Source: Selaginella moellendorffii (taxonomy: Eukaryota > Plantae > Lycopodiophyta). Taken from it: a stretch of DNA of 64,000 bases. This document shows, one piece after another, positions 37,101 through 49,214 of this stretch (position 1 is the first letter of the stretch; each line of letters begins with the position of its first letter). The stretch is from contig NW_003314336.1 in assembly GCF_000143415.4 (NCBI RefSeq), positions 361,296-425,295 of the forward strand. The letters are read 5' to 3'. A model generated the notes under the pieces. That model saw nothing but the letters and a program-made list of their open reading frames with translations. It had not been told where the DNA came from and made no database searches. A program made the translations under genes and the position numbers.

Positions 37101-40023
37101 TTAGGATAGCTTTCTTCTCTTGTTGGGCTTGGAGGGCGCCACTTGCGATGCTGCCTTGATCCTCAACTCGTCGAGCGTCTCTCCTTCGCGCGCCCACTCG
37201 AGAACCAAATGCCGCCCATACAAATGGCTGCTCCCAAGCGCCTCAAACGCGTTCTGGGCCTCCTGCTTTGTCACAAACTCCACAAACGCAAAGCCGCGAT
37301 GGTTGCCATCGAACTTCTTGGGCAGCTTCACCTTCTTCACCTGGAGCGAAAGGCTCGAAACGTTTTTCCAAACTCGCTAAACCTCGTACCTGTCCGAAAG
37401 GAGAGAAGAGCTGCTTCAAGTCTTTCCGGGTTGCCTCGAATGCCACGTTCCGCACGATGAGCTTGGAAGAGCTTCCTTTTGCATCGACTTTGCTTGGTTT
37501 CTCGTCGTCGCCAGCGCGACTTGGTTGCAAAACGAGAGCATGACCGTCAAGAACAGACCCCTGCGCTTGGACGATCGATTATCCCCGGTGTGACAGCAAA
37601 ACCTCTCTCTCACCTGCATTTCCTTGCAGACGCGCTCGGCCGTGTCAGCCGAGTCGAACTCCACGAAGCCAAAACCCATTGACAAGGATGCTCCAGTTTT
37701 GGATGGCTTTCTTTTCACCTGCAAGTTCCACAAACCATTTTAGCAACAGTCTAGAAAGGAAAAGCAAACACGCACCGTTGCTGTCCGCAAGGAACCGGCT
37801 TTTACTCGGCCTTCGAAGTGCTTCCTTAGGCTCGCGTCAGTGGTCTTGAAGTTCAAATTCTTCACAAATACAGTGCTTGACTGCCAAGGCCGAATTTCGA
37901 TGAGCTTCATACAAAAGAGTTTAGTAGCGTACCCTCGTTGAAGCGGCCCCTTCGTCATTTGCTACAAGCTGGTCCTTCATCGAAGTTCCCTCAAGCTTTG
38001 CGGGTACAACGCCACCATCTTTCTTTTCGGAAAGAAGATCTTGTGGTGCCCATTCCAGATACAATGGGACGTGCCTGCAAGAGTATATATATATCCGAGA
38101 TTAGACCGTTTCTTCAGCCAGCCGTTACAACTTTACTTGAATTTCCGGTATGCTAGAGATTCGAAGGCTTTGCGTGCCTCAGAGGACTCCAGAAACTCCA
38201 CCTTGTATCAAGCGAACAGATAAACCGATCAGGAGGGAGGCACCAAGACGAAGAAAACTCACATACGATAGCAACGGTTTTCGTCGGTGGAAGCACGAGC
38301 CGTCCAAGACTTCCATACGGGCAAAACACGCCGAAGAGGTCCACTTCCGTTGTGCTGAAGGGAAGATTCTTGACGAGGATGACGCGAGAGCTTCTAGTTA
38401 CTCCAGAGGTTTTACTAGCGCTGATCTTCTCCAACAGTTCCACATTTACGCCTTGCTGAGCTAATGACCGCTTCGTCTCCGAAAGGACGTGCGTTTCTCC
38501 CAGAGCAAGACGTACTGCAACGTCCTCGGCTTCTGGATCCAGAAATTCACGTCTGGAGATCCCATATTGCCTGGCCACGTTTTCTGCCACCTGCGTCAGA
38601 GCAAATTGTAAGAAGTGGCAAGTCAACTCTACACACCGTATCTGGCCGCATGTACAGAGGATTCCATGCTTGCGTATTACCGCTCGACTCCTTTTTCTTG
38701 CGCTCCACCTCCCTCTCTTGTTTCAGGTTCATGGGGCGATCTCTAGAATCCCGGAGATGAGAAGTCAAGCATAGACATGAAACGCAAGAACTCACAGTTT
38801 CTGTTTGACTTGTGAAGTTTGCTGCTTCGCAGGTAGAACATGCAAAAGTCTTCCTTGAAAGATAGAATTGTCGAGCTCCGTCATCGCCCTGGATAAAGAC
38901 GAGAAGTTAGCCCTTCAAAGAATTCAGCACCTGAGAAAATACCTCGTTGCTTCTTCCGGTAGCGTGAAGCCAACATACCCGTAGCCCTTCGAGCGGTTCG
39001 TCTCCTTGTCACAAATCAAATGAACTTGGACAACTTCCCCGTACTGGCCGAACAAGGAAGCCAGTTCCTCTTCACTTGTGAAAAGAAAAACACGAGAATG
39101 AGGCTCCCAGTTTACGTCCTTTGAAGAACTTACCTCGTGGTGTATGCAAGGTTCCGCACGAAAAGCCTCCCAGTATCTGTCTCCGCTACATCCTGAGCAG
39201 CTTCTTCATTCCCGGGACGATCGCCAGTATCAGCTTGCTGTTGCGGCTTGGCTCCTCCTTCCGTTTCCTTCTCGTCGTCACTATCGTCACTCCACTGCTG
39301 CCGGACCTTGCTCTTGAGGTAGTACAAGTCGGAGACTGGTCCCGCATCGTCGCTCGCCTTGCTGCTTGGCTGTTGAGTTGTAAGTTTAGCGTCGTCGTTC
39401 GCCCAGACCTTCGTCTTTGTACGCGGTTGCATCACGCTGAGAAACTCGTCAAGCCCAGGATCTTGCTCTTGATCGCGGTCCACCGAGACGGTTTTCTTCG
39501 GCTTGAGCTGGGCCTTCTCCTCTGGAGCATGCGTCTTCTCGTACGCAGAGCTTCCTTTGGAGTGACGGCTCCATGGCCGCACGGCTGCGTCTCCAACGGA
39601 GCGTGCCACCTGACAAGATCACGAGAATGTGAGTAGCGCCGAGGTTGCGAGAAAGAAAAATCTAGACGCTCCGAGACTGCGAGATTGCGAGAACAAAAAT
39701 TCTATGATGGTCTACCTCGCAAACCAGGCGGGAGGTGTCGAGGAATGACCTGTTGAAATAGGCGACTGCCGATTCGGCTTCCTCCTGGCTGTAGAATCCC
39801 ACGAATCCAAACCTCCGAGACTTGCCATCTCTGCGCGAGTGGAGCAAGGAATCAATGTCGCAATCTCGTCTCCATCCATGGATGAAAAGCAAGCTCTCTC
39901 TCACCTGGTTCGCATCACCTTGGCATCGGTCACCTGTCCCTTGGCGCCGAAATGCTCCCTGAGCTTGTCATCGGTGACATAGGTGGGCAGATTCTTGACG
40001 CACACGCGCGACGACGACCCCAT
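37101..40023 (-). CDS. Multiple-RRM pre-rRNA processing protein MRD1/RBM19
   Basis: [79 protein letters not shown]. Confidence 0.95.
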
Positions 40024-40079
40024 AGCCCAAGCGCGCTCAAAGCCGGCTCAAAGCCCGCTCAAAGCCCTAACCCTAGGCG

Positions 40080-40958
40080 ATGGAGAGTAACAGCAAAATG
40101 GCGCTGGCGGGGATGGAGGAGAGCTTGCACAGCGCGCTCGCCACACTTCATCAGCTCCACTGCTCCGTCTCCTCTTTCACGCTTCCATCGCAGCTGCTCG
40201 TCCTGGAGCGCCTGTAAGCAAGAATTCCTCCCTGGAGCTCAAAAACAATCTTTCCCCCTTCTTGTGAGCGTTAAAGCTGGAATCTCTCTCAAAATCAATC
40301 CTTCTCCCTCTCCTTCTCAGCGTTAGAGCTAGAGCTGGAATCTCCCTCAAAATCAATCCTTCTCCCTCTCCTCAGCGCTGGAGCTGGAGTCTCTCTCACA
40401 CGTTTGATTTAATGTTTTACATGGAACCAGGAATGAGCTTGTCAAGGATCTCAACTTGATGCAATCCTCCTCCAACCAGTGCAACCTTGAGATCCCCGTG
40501 GAGGTGATAAGGTAATCGATCCATCCCAGGGATCCGATTGAGCAACCTGTTTTGCCAGATTCATTGACGAAGGCAAGAATCCCGACGAATTCACCAAGGA
40601 TCTTCTTAACCATTGCATTCAGCGAAACCAGGCAACCAAAGGCAAAGTCGACGCCTTCAAGGCGAGTTCTTCCTGGGACCTCTCTTTGCTCTCTTGTCTC
40701 AAATCTCTTTGCAGGCACTTCGAAAGCACATCCTGGAGGAGGTGGAGGAGGCCTTCCCCGAGGAGACTGAAACATACCGAATGTTACGTACAGCATCGGC
40801 TCTGGTCAGTCAGTCTCAAACTTAGCAAAAAGAAAAAAACAATTCTTTTAGTTCTACTTACACGCGCGCGTGCGCAGGAATCTCGAAGAAGTGCTGCGCA
40901 GCCAATCCCCGGACTGTCCAACGGAGATGCAAGAGTCAAGCCCGAGCACACTGGCTGA
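40080..40958 (+). CDS. MED10: Mediator subunit 10 (NUT2)
   Basis: LHQLHCSVSSF, IPVEVIRFIDEGKNPDEFT, NQATKGKVDAFKALRKHILEE. Confidence 0.92.
40275..40400 (+). repeat. ~58-bp tandem duplication in MED10 intron 1
   Basis: agctggaatctcyctcaaaatcaatccttctccctctc occurs twice, plus partial copies. Confidence 0.85.
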
Positions 40959-41040
40959 AAGGCGGAGCTTATCATACACAATAACACAAATTTACACAAA
41001 ACAAGTAAGTAGGCACAGGCAGGAATCCATCGATCATCGA

Positions 41041-43476
41041 TCAAACAGGCGGCGCTGCGATCCCCGCCGACGTCACCGCAGATCGAGCGTCTTCAAATTT
41101 GTCCCGCTCGTGCTCTTCGTCGAGATAACTCGGCGTGTAGGCAGTGACGATGCTCGAGACGGTGGGGATGTGCTCCTTGGTGAGACCGGTCACCTCCAGC
41201 GGTGGATTCTTGAAGGTGGGATAGTAGATCTTGTTGGTGATGAGAGCGAAGAGCAGTGTGGCGATGGGCAGCGGCACCAAGATGGGACTGAACACAAACT
41301 TCTTGATGGAGAAGTAGCCGAGCATTGCAAGCTGCGAGACGAGAAGAGCTGCAATAATTCTAGTGTGGATGTGAGGCCACATTCGACCGTAGCTCTCATA
41401 AGCCGGCACCACCACCTTCAACGCCTGGAGAAAGAGATCTTAGCACAAAAGTTGGAAGAAACAGCAAAGGGAAGAGAGCTCCAACCTCGTGCCGAGCGAT
41501 GATCCACGCGAAGGCAAAGTAGACAAGCGCAAAAGGAAGAACCATGGGTGCGATCACAGCATAGCAGAGTGCGATGGTGAGTATGAGCATGTCTCCGGGA
41601 ACTCTGGTGGCATAGCTAAAATCTTTGGGTGCCCATGCAGCTCTGATATCCTCTTTCGTCTTGCAGAGGTACTTCTTCTTGATGCGAAACATGATCAGCG
41701 GCACCAGCCTCGAGAGCTGCAAGCCATAGCCAACGAAGAACCTGTGCAAAAATGAAGAAAACTAGCTAAGTTTCCAGAAAGAACTCTTGCGCTACTGACA
41801 CTTACCTGAGGGCGATGAAGGTGATGAAGAAGGATGCCGCGGGTGGAATGGCCGCGCCCAGCAGTGACACGGTCGAGTTGGGCTCCTTCTGGATCTTCTT
41901 GACCGTGTCAAACAGCGAGCTGGTGATGGTGATGCCCAAGAACACGTTGAAGACGTTGAAGTAGAAGTACTTCCCGGCGGCGGCGCGCTCGACATGGCTC
42001 TGCGACACAATCCCCTCCATCCGCGACAGGAAGAGCAGCAGCGTCGGCAAGAGCGCCAAGAACACGATGAGCGCCAGCTGCGGCAAGTAGGCCTGGAGCA
42101 CGGTGCTCAACACCTTGATCTTCTCGATGTTCTTCACAAACGGCACTAGCTTCTCGAGCTTGTCCAGCGTCGAGAAGGCGGACACGAAACCAATGGGTAT
42201 CATGAAGAAGAGGATGGTGAGCGCCACCAGCGTGTAGACGATCGCTTGCCGGATGTAACGCTGGTACCAGGGGATATTCACATTCCCCCAGATCATCTGG
42301 CGTGGCTCCGGCGCCGGGCTCGTCACCCATCGCCCGGCCGAGGAGGCCGAGTAGACGCACTGCCCGCAAGCCGCCGCCGCCGCCGGATTGTTGAAAACCA
42401 GGATCGCCGCTCTCCCCGGCGGCGCCGCCGCCGCCGCGGTTTTACTGCTCTTGTGCCGTTCGCTCGCCTCCCGGAGCTTCTCCTTGTAGAAATCCACGGA
42501 GTCGACGCTGGGACCGAGCAATCCGAGCGTCCCAGTCTTGTGATGCGGGCGATTGCTGCTCGTCACCCCGGCCTGCGCGCGATCCAGCTTCGCCTTGGTG
42601 GATTCCATCGCCTTCCACGTCTTGGACGCGCCGCCGAGATCGCCCACCGGGATGCATCGCTCGTAGGAGTCGGGGTGGATGCGGCGGAAGAAGGCGTCGA
42701 TCTGGGCGGTGTCGCGGTGGGAGCGGGGAATGTCGCGCACCAGCGCCGCGAATTGCTCGGGCCTGGCGCCCGAGGAGAGCACGGACTTGCGGAGCTTGGA
42801 GATTCGGCGGTACTTTGTCCACAGCACGATGTAGACCGCCGCCGAGAGCCAGTAGGCGCCGATGGCGAAGAGCCAGATCTTGGCGTTCCGCTCCTGCGCC
42901 GCCAATGCATCAGGGTGAGTGGTGGCCAAGACGATCGAGACGATTGATTTCCACTCACCGGTATGTTTCCCATGGCCAGCTTGTTCAGGCCAGAGAATGT
43001 AGCATCGGTGGAGTTCGTGGCGGTGGTGGAGCCGCCGGTGCTTGGCCTCGCTTTTCTCGCGTAGTCGTCACTCAGTGCTGCCACCGTGACGAGTACGGGA
43101 AGGCAAAACAGCGCCGCTATGCTCAGGATCTTGAGCGCTGCACAGCCATGGATCGATGGATTTGCCTCGGGAGGGAAATTCTTGCGCAAACGCTCTTACC
43201 GGCATCCAGGAGGTGAATGTAGATGGCGGCGTCCAGGCCCGCGAAGCTCACAATCTCCGACTCGGTGACTCGCCAGGCCTCGCTCAGCCATTGGAAGGGC
43301 GTGCGCAGGCGCGCAACCTCGGGATTTCCCTTGCCTTCCTCCTCGCGGATGAGCACGGCGGGGTAGTAGACTGGGTAATTCTTGGGCCGCCGCGCGAGCA
43401 AGACGTAGAGGAGCGACAGAAAGAGGAAGATTAGCAGCGAGGTGACCAGCGATGTGATGAACGCCGTGGTGTCCAT
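41041..43476 (-). CDS. OSCA/CSC1 family calcium-permeable channel, ERD4-like
   Basis: MDTTAFITSL, AGLDAAIY, APEPRQMIWGN, FFITFIALRFFVGYGLQLSRLVPL, VPAYESYGRMWPHIH. Confidence 0.95.
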
Positions 43477-43871
43477 CGATCTTGGAGGAGAGAGAGAGAG
43501 GGAGAGAGCTTCCTCCTCCCGCGAGCGGGTACTTTACCTTGCTATAATAAAGAAAGCCCTCTTCCTTCCCTCCTGGATTTCTTCCAAGTGCCAAACTTAT
43601 AGAGTAACCACAAACCAGCTCATCACACTCGCCAAAAAGCTGCGGACTCGTTGCGACTCGTTGTCGGTGTATCCAACAAGAATATTCAAAACTTATCCCG
43701 TTTGTTTGGAATCAACCATAACACTAATGGCAAATGTAAAAATCTTTTTCCCGTTGCGCAAAACTGTACAGGCTAAAAGTAAAAACTGAAAGAAAATTTT
43801 TTGCGCTCGCTCTTGATCTTGATTTGATGCTTAAGTTCGTTCTATTAGTAGGCTAGTCTCCTTTGCTCTTC

Positions 43872-45526
43872 TCACAACCCACGCCAGAACTTCCCCTGGC
43901 CTTGCTTCCTTTCCTGTACTCGCCTGGAACGAACGAGAGATTGTCAAGATTTACTAAATGGAAATCCAGCTCTCAAACCTCTGGTTTTGCTTTGCTCTCT
44001 CGCGGAACTCGGTCGCAATGTCACGTCCCTTGTATGACTCGAGAACAGTACGCACATCAGGGGGGCGTTGTCTCGCCACAACTATACGATACGATCCGTG
44101 CTTAGAATGCGAAAGATATGAGAAAGGAATGAATGAGGCTTACATTCGAGAAAGGGAAGGAGGTCGAGAAGAGCGGTATCGTCGCTTTCCAGTTTCCAGG
44201 GCTTGATAGGAACTGCGTTCTCGGGTTGGAGACAAGTGTCCAAAGCATGGCCGCTGATGTACATGATTTTCTTCGGATCCCTGTTTAGTTTGGACAAGTC
44301 CTGGCAGGAAAAACACCAACTTTTAAGTCCACTACCATACCAAAGTTATACTCACTCGAAAGTGCTTCCCATCGAGATAGTTCGTGGCATCCCGTGCTAG
44401 CCGATAGCGGATGCAACCCTTCTGATCAAGCCTCTCCAAAATGGGATCCACGTACTGAGAAAACAAAGAGCCGTGAGCAAAGCAAAGCCACCGGGTGAAC
44501 AACTTACAAAGCTTAGCTGATCAGAATACACAACTATCTCATAGTAGTGTGCTAGCTTTTCGAGAAAAGCTTCAACTCCAGGGCGTTTGAAAGTACCCCA
44601 GCCCCTCTCTCTCTGTAACATCACATTTAAAACGAGGACGGGTTGCTCAAAAGCCACTACCTTCCACTCCGAAAACACCAGCGTCTCATTTAGATCAAGG
44701 ACAATTGTGTAGACATGCTGCTCCTGAGGAATCAAATCGGGTAGCAACTTATCAGACGACGGAGCCGCAAAACCCTGCAAAAGACGAAAACCAAGTTAAA
44801 TCGCCAGAACCGAGCCGTGGTAACAGATAACTTGCCTTAACTTGCTCTTCCACGGACCTCCTCAAATCCAAATACGCGTCGGTTGCTGCCAAGGCAACTA
44901 AGAAAACGATATACTACGTGATCAGCACACCTATTCTTACAAAATTGAAAGAATACCCTCGCAAGACGTGCAGTAAACAAGATCTTGTATTCTCTGCCAA
45001 GTTAGACACAGGAGTTACTATCACAGATTGATAGAGAGGAAATAAATCTCTTCTTACCTCAAGAATTGGCTTGTCTTGAGTAATCAAAGGTTTTTGTTGA
45101 CGCAAAGGCTTCACTACCCTTTCAATATCCTCGTACGAGTAAGCTAGAAAGGAACGAAGTGAGAAAGCAAAAGACATACATTTCTTCTCTCTTACCATAG
45201 GTCACGTAAGAAACCCCGGCAATAGCAGCTGTAGCTGTGAGACCAAAGAGCGCTTTGATCCCTCTCCAGGACGCTTTAGAACCCACCTCCGCGACCATCT
45301 CTTCCACCTCGGAAAAAGATCCATCCTGCTTGGCTGAGCTTGCTGTCGCTTTGGCGACTTCCTGGGCGATTTCCTCGGGCGCCGCGCTGCTGCCACTGGC
45401 GGCCTTGGCGCCGATTGCCTCTTCTGTCGAAAATGTGGTAGAAGAATGCGATCTAGCCGCGCAGAGCCTCGATCGCGCCCGGAACTCCCTCGCAGATGCA
45501 AGCCTTTGGAGCCTGATCATCCACAT
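43872..45526 (-). CDS. TIM50: Mitochondrial inner membrane translocase subunit TIM50
   Basis: Presequence plus TM helix; PSSDKLLPD, TIVLDLNETLV, TFKRPGVEAFL, SKLNRDP, QPENAVPIKPW. Confidence 0.95.
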
Positions 45527-45625
45527 AGCCGCCTGAGCCCTAACCATCCAAAGCCTGCCCAAGAACCCTAAACCCTAGAGTGCATTAAAGGAAATAGCGG
45601 ACCTTTAAATTTATCCATGTTTCTT

Positions 45626-47399
45626 TCACAGTTGTTCTACCCAGCCAAACTTATCTTCGCTTCTACCCATCTGGATGTCGGTCAGGGACGTGCTTAGCGC
45701 TCTTGACACTTTTCCCACGCCGCCATCACTGTAAGTTACCCTGAATTGCAAAACCTCGAATTTTAGTCACTGCTCTAGATTAGAAAAACTCACTCGCACC
45801 TTCTATCACCGTATGTGATCGATCCAACCGGATTGACAACCACGGCCGTCCCCGTGCAAAACACCTCGTCTGCGTCAAGCAATTCCTCCACTGTCACGGC
45901 CGTCTCCTTCACCTGAGATCGAGTGACAGTCTCTCGAGTTATACATATAAAAGCTGAGAGAAGTTTTCTACCTTATAGCCCATGTCTCGAGCAAGTTCTA
46001 TTACGCTCTTCCTGGTAATCCCAGGGAGTATCGTGCCCAGCGTTTCAGGAGTGGAGATCGTGTTACCCTGTGCATACGAGAGTATATTTCTTACCGAAGC
46101 AAAGATGTGAATCAACCTTACCTTCACGGTAAAAATGTTGCAAGACGAAACCTCCTCGACATACTTGTTCTCGGCAGCATCTAGATACAAAACATCCGAG
46201 AAGCCTTGGTCCTTGGCATCGAGTTGTGTCTTTAAAACCTTCACGACACAAAAGTCAGGTTAGAGCGACAAAAACGCAGAAGTGGCGGATCGGTCCCAGT
46301 GCGCCAGTCACGAAAACACTAACTTACAGGAGCGTAGTTTCCAATCGTCTTGACGCCACCAGTTCCTCCAGGTGCTGCGCGGTGGTAAAACGTTTCCACT
46401 TTGAGTGAGATAGGAGCTAAGCCACTCTGCGAGGAAGAAAAAACAAACACGCAGTAGTCAATATAAGAGCAGCGCACTCAAAGCAGTGTAACCTTGAAAT
46501 AATTTCCCACGGGTGACACATAGATGATGAAGCTATACTCCGGAGCTGGTGCAAGGCCTAGAATAGCTCCGGATCCAATGAGCAAAGGTCGGATGTATAG
46601 AGAACCTTTGCCATGAGGAGGTACCTGTCACAGAACCTGTGAAAACAAAAAAAAAAACAACAGCTAAAAGCCGCTAGAGCGAGGCCACATACCCAACGAA
46701 CGTTTGCTTTCACTGTGCTCTTCACAGCGGCAGTGAAATCCCCTACCGATGGTGCCGGCATGCACATTCGTTTTGCTCCGGAGATCATACGAAGTGCATT
46801 TTCTTTTGGTCGAAACAAAACCGCGGAGCCATCTTGTGTCCGGTAAGCTTTCATGCCTTCAAACAAGCCCTGGCAAGAACAACAAAGGATCAAACAGGGA
46901 TTGTACAAGAGAAACAAAGAAAAAAGTTTGTTTACTTGTCCATAGTTGAGCACTCCAGCGGCAGGACTGAGCTCCAAGTTACCAAATGGAAGAAGTTCTC
47001 CCGACCTCCATTCCCCGTTTCGATCGGTCTTCATTACGTACATGAAGTCCGTAGAACGAATTCCAAACCCAATGTTCTCCCAATCGATGTCTGATCCAAG
47101 AGCAGCAGTATCCCTGGCATTTTTGCTTAGAGCGCCACAGCTAGACGCGAATCGATACGAGAGCTTACTTGGTGGTGCTCACAGTCACCCCCGCTTGGAT
47201 CTTGAGTGACTTGTTTTGCTGGAAGGACAGCGAACCAGTCGGATCGAAGCAAAAGGGAAATCGAAATCTCACTCACCCGGAGTCTGGAGATTTCGATGCG
47301 CGGCATGGATCGGCATAGATCGAGACCACGGATTCTGGAATGCCTGTCATTCGAGAGCGCCTGGAGCTGGAGCTGCGATCCATTGAGCGCGCAAGCCAT
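45626..47399 (-). CDS. BCAT: Branched-chain amino acid aminotransferase (organellar)
   Basis: [34 protein letters not shown] (PLP Lys), [20 protein letters not shown]. Confidence 0.96.
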
Positions 47400-47639
47400 A
47401 ATGCGGTAATGAAGAACCCTAACAAGGGCTCAGTGAAATATTTCTCGCGGTTCGCTGCTTGATCCATTGCTCCGCTGCTCCACACTTCCAGTGGATCAAG
47501 AAATTTCCAGATTTCTGCCAATGCCGGGTCATCCCATCCCAGATTTTGAAGCACGAGGAAGGATTCTTTCAAAGATTCTCGCGGATATACCACCATCGGC
47601 CAGTCTAGGGTTTTGGCGTACAATGGACGAGTGACGGCG

Positions 47640-48433
47640 ATGGCGGCAGGTCGAGCGTGGTCGTGGTATCGCAGCCAGCTCGCGGCGCGCCCGGTACGCA
47701 CGCAAGCAATCGTGTCAGGGATCCTGTGGGGAAGCGGCGACGTGATCGCGCAGAAGATTAATGCGTCGATGCAAGACGACGACGAGGAGAGGCCGATCGA
47801 TCTGAAAAGAACAGCGGCGTGCTGCATTTTCGGATTGGGATTCGTCGGGCCGGCCGGTCATTACTGGTAGGCAGCCGATCGATCGCAAATTTCCCTTTTC
47901 CCTCTTTTCCCCTTTGTGCCGATTGTGGAGGAGCTCTTTTGACGAATTGCGCTGCTGCCAGGTACCAGGGGCTGGACAGATTCGTGAAGAGGAAGCTTTT
48001 GCTGACGCCAAATTCTCCGCGATTCATTGTGGCAAAGCTCGTCCCGGACGCTTTACTGGAGCCTGTGCACTTGGGACTCTTCTTCTCATTGATGGGATTC
48101 ACGGCTGGAAAGCCGAGCTCTCAGGTGTTTGCCGACGTCAAGCGAGACATAGTCCCGGCCCTCCTCTCGGGTGGAATGGTGTGGCCTCTGCTCCAGGCCG
48201 TCAACTTTCGCTTCGTCCCGGTAGAGCACCAGCTCCTCTATCTCAACTCGCTCTGCCTGCTCGAAAGCGCCTTCCTCTCGTGGGTCAACAAGCAGGAAGA
48301 CGCGGCCTGGAAGAAGAAACTCATGGCGTTCATCACTCCCTCGTCTCCGCCATCGCCATCGCCATCGCCATCGCCAGCGTCGTCACAGCAGGAGCAAGGA
48401 CAGGCGCCATCGCCATCGCCAGTGAGCTCGTAG
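47640..48433 (+). CDS. Mpv17/PMP22 family membrane protein (SYM1-like)
   Basis: WYRSQLAARPVRTQ, GDVIAQ, GPAGHYWYQGLD, WPLLQAVNFRFVPVEHQLLY. Confidence 0.93.
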
Positions 48434-49214
48434 AAGCTCGTAGAAGATCGATCGATTTATCGATCGCGGTCGGGGGTCTTATATAACCAGGAGCGACAAA
48501 CGAATCCAACAAGGAGTGGGGTCGATCGATCGATCCAGCAGAATGGAAAAACAAAACGAATCCAAGAGTGGGACACTTGGAAAACCTTCCCGGCGAGCGA
48601 TTGGTGGCGGACGTACGTGGAAGATGACAAGATTCCAAAAGAAAAGAGGTGTTATGTGCTAAAACTATAGTTCTTGTTCTTCCAGCAAACAGTGAAGATC
48701 CGCGACCCACCATATTCTTATTCGATTAAATCTTAGTGAGAAAGGGTGGGTGATTTCCTCGATACCATAGAAAATTTGCTACTATACTTTTTCTTGCGAG
48801 GTAGTGCGTGGTTCAATTCCAGATACCAACATTATTCCTTCTTTTTTTTTTCTTTTGATGGCCACGGACAGAAAGAGAAAGAGGCTTTAGCTATAGAGCG
48901 TTCTTCCTCTTCTTCCTATTAGCTCTTAGGTCTTTTTTTCTGGGGAGGATAGATAGATAGATAGCTTTCTTCCGGGGCGTTCTTGCGACCAAGACAAGCA
49001 GCGGCAGCGGCAGAGGAAGGGTTTTTGGGAAGAATGAGGTTTTGGCCATCGCGGCGCGCCTGATGCTCTTGGCGTAAATCTCTCTCTCTCGCTCCTCGCT
49101 GCCGCTGCTGCTCTCGCTGGTGTGTGTGTGATGGTGCTGCTGGCACTGATATTTCTCCTCTCCCTGGCATCGTCTTCCTCCGGGGCATCGATTTCGAGTC
49201 CCTTGCAATCATGG

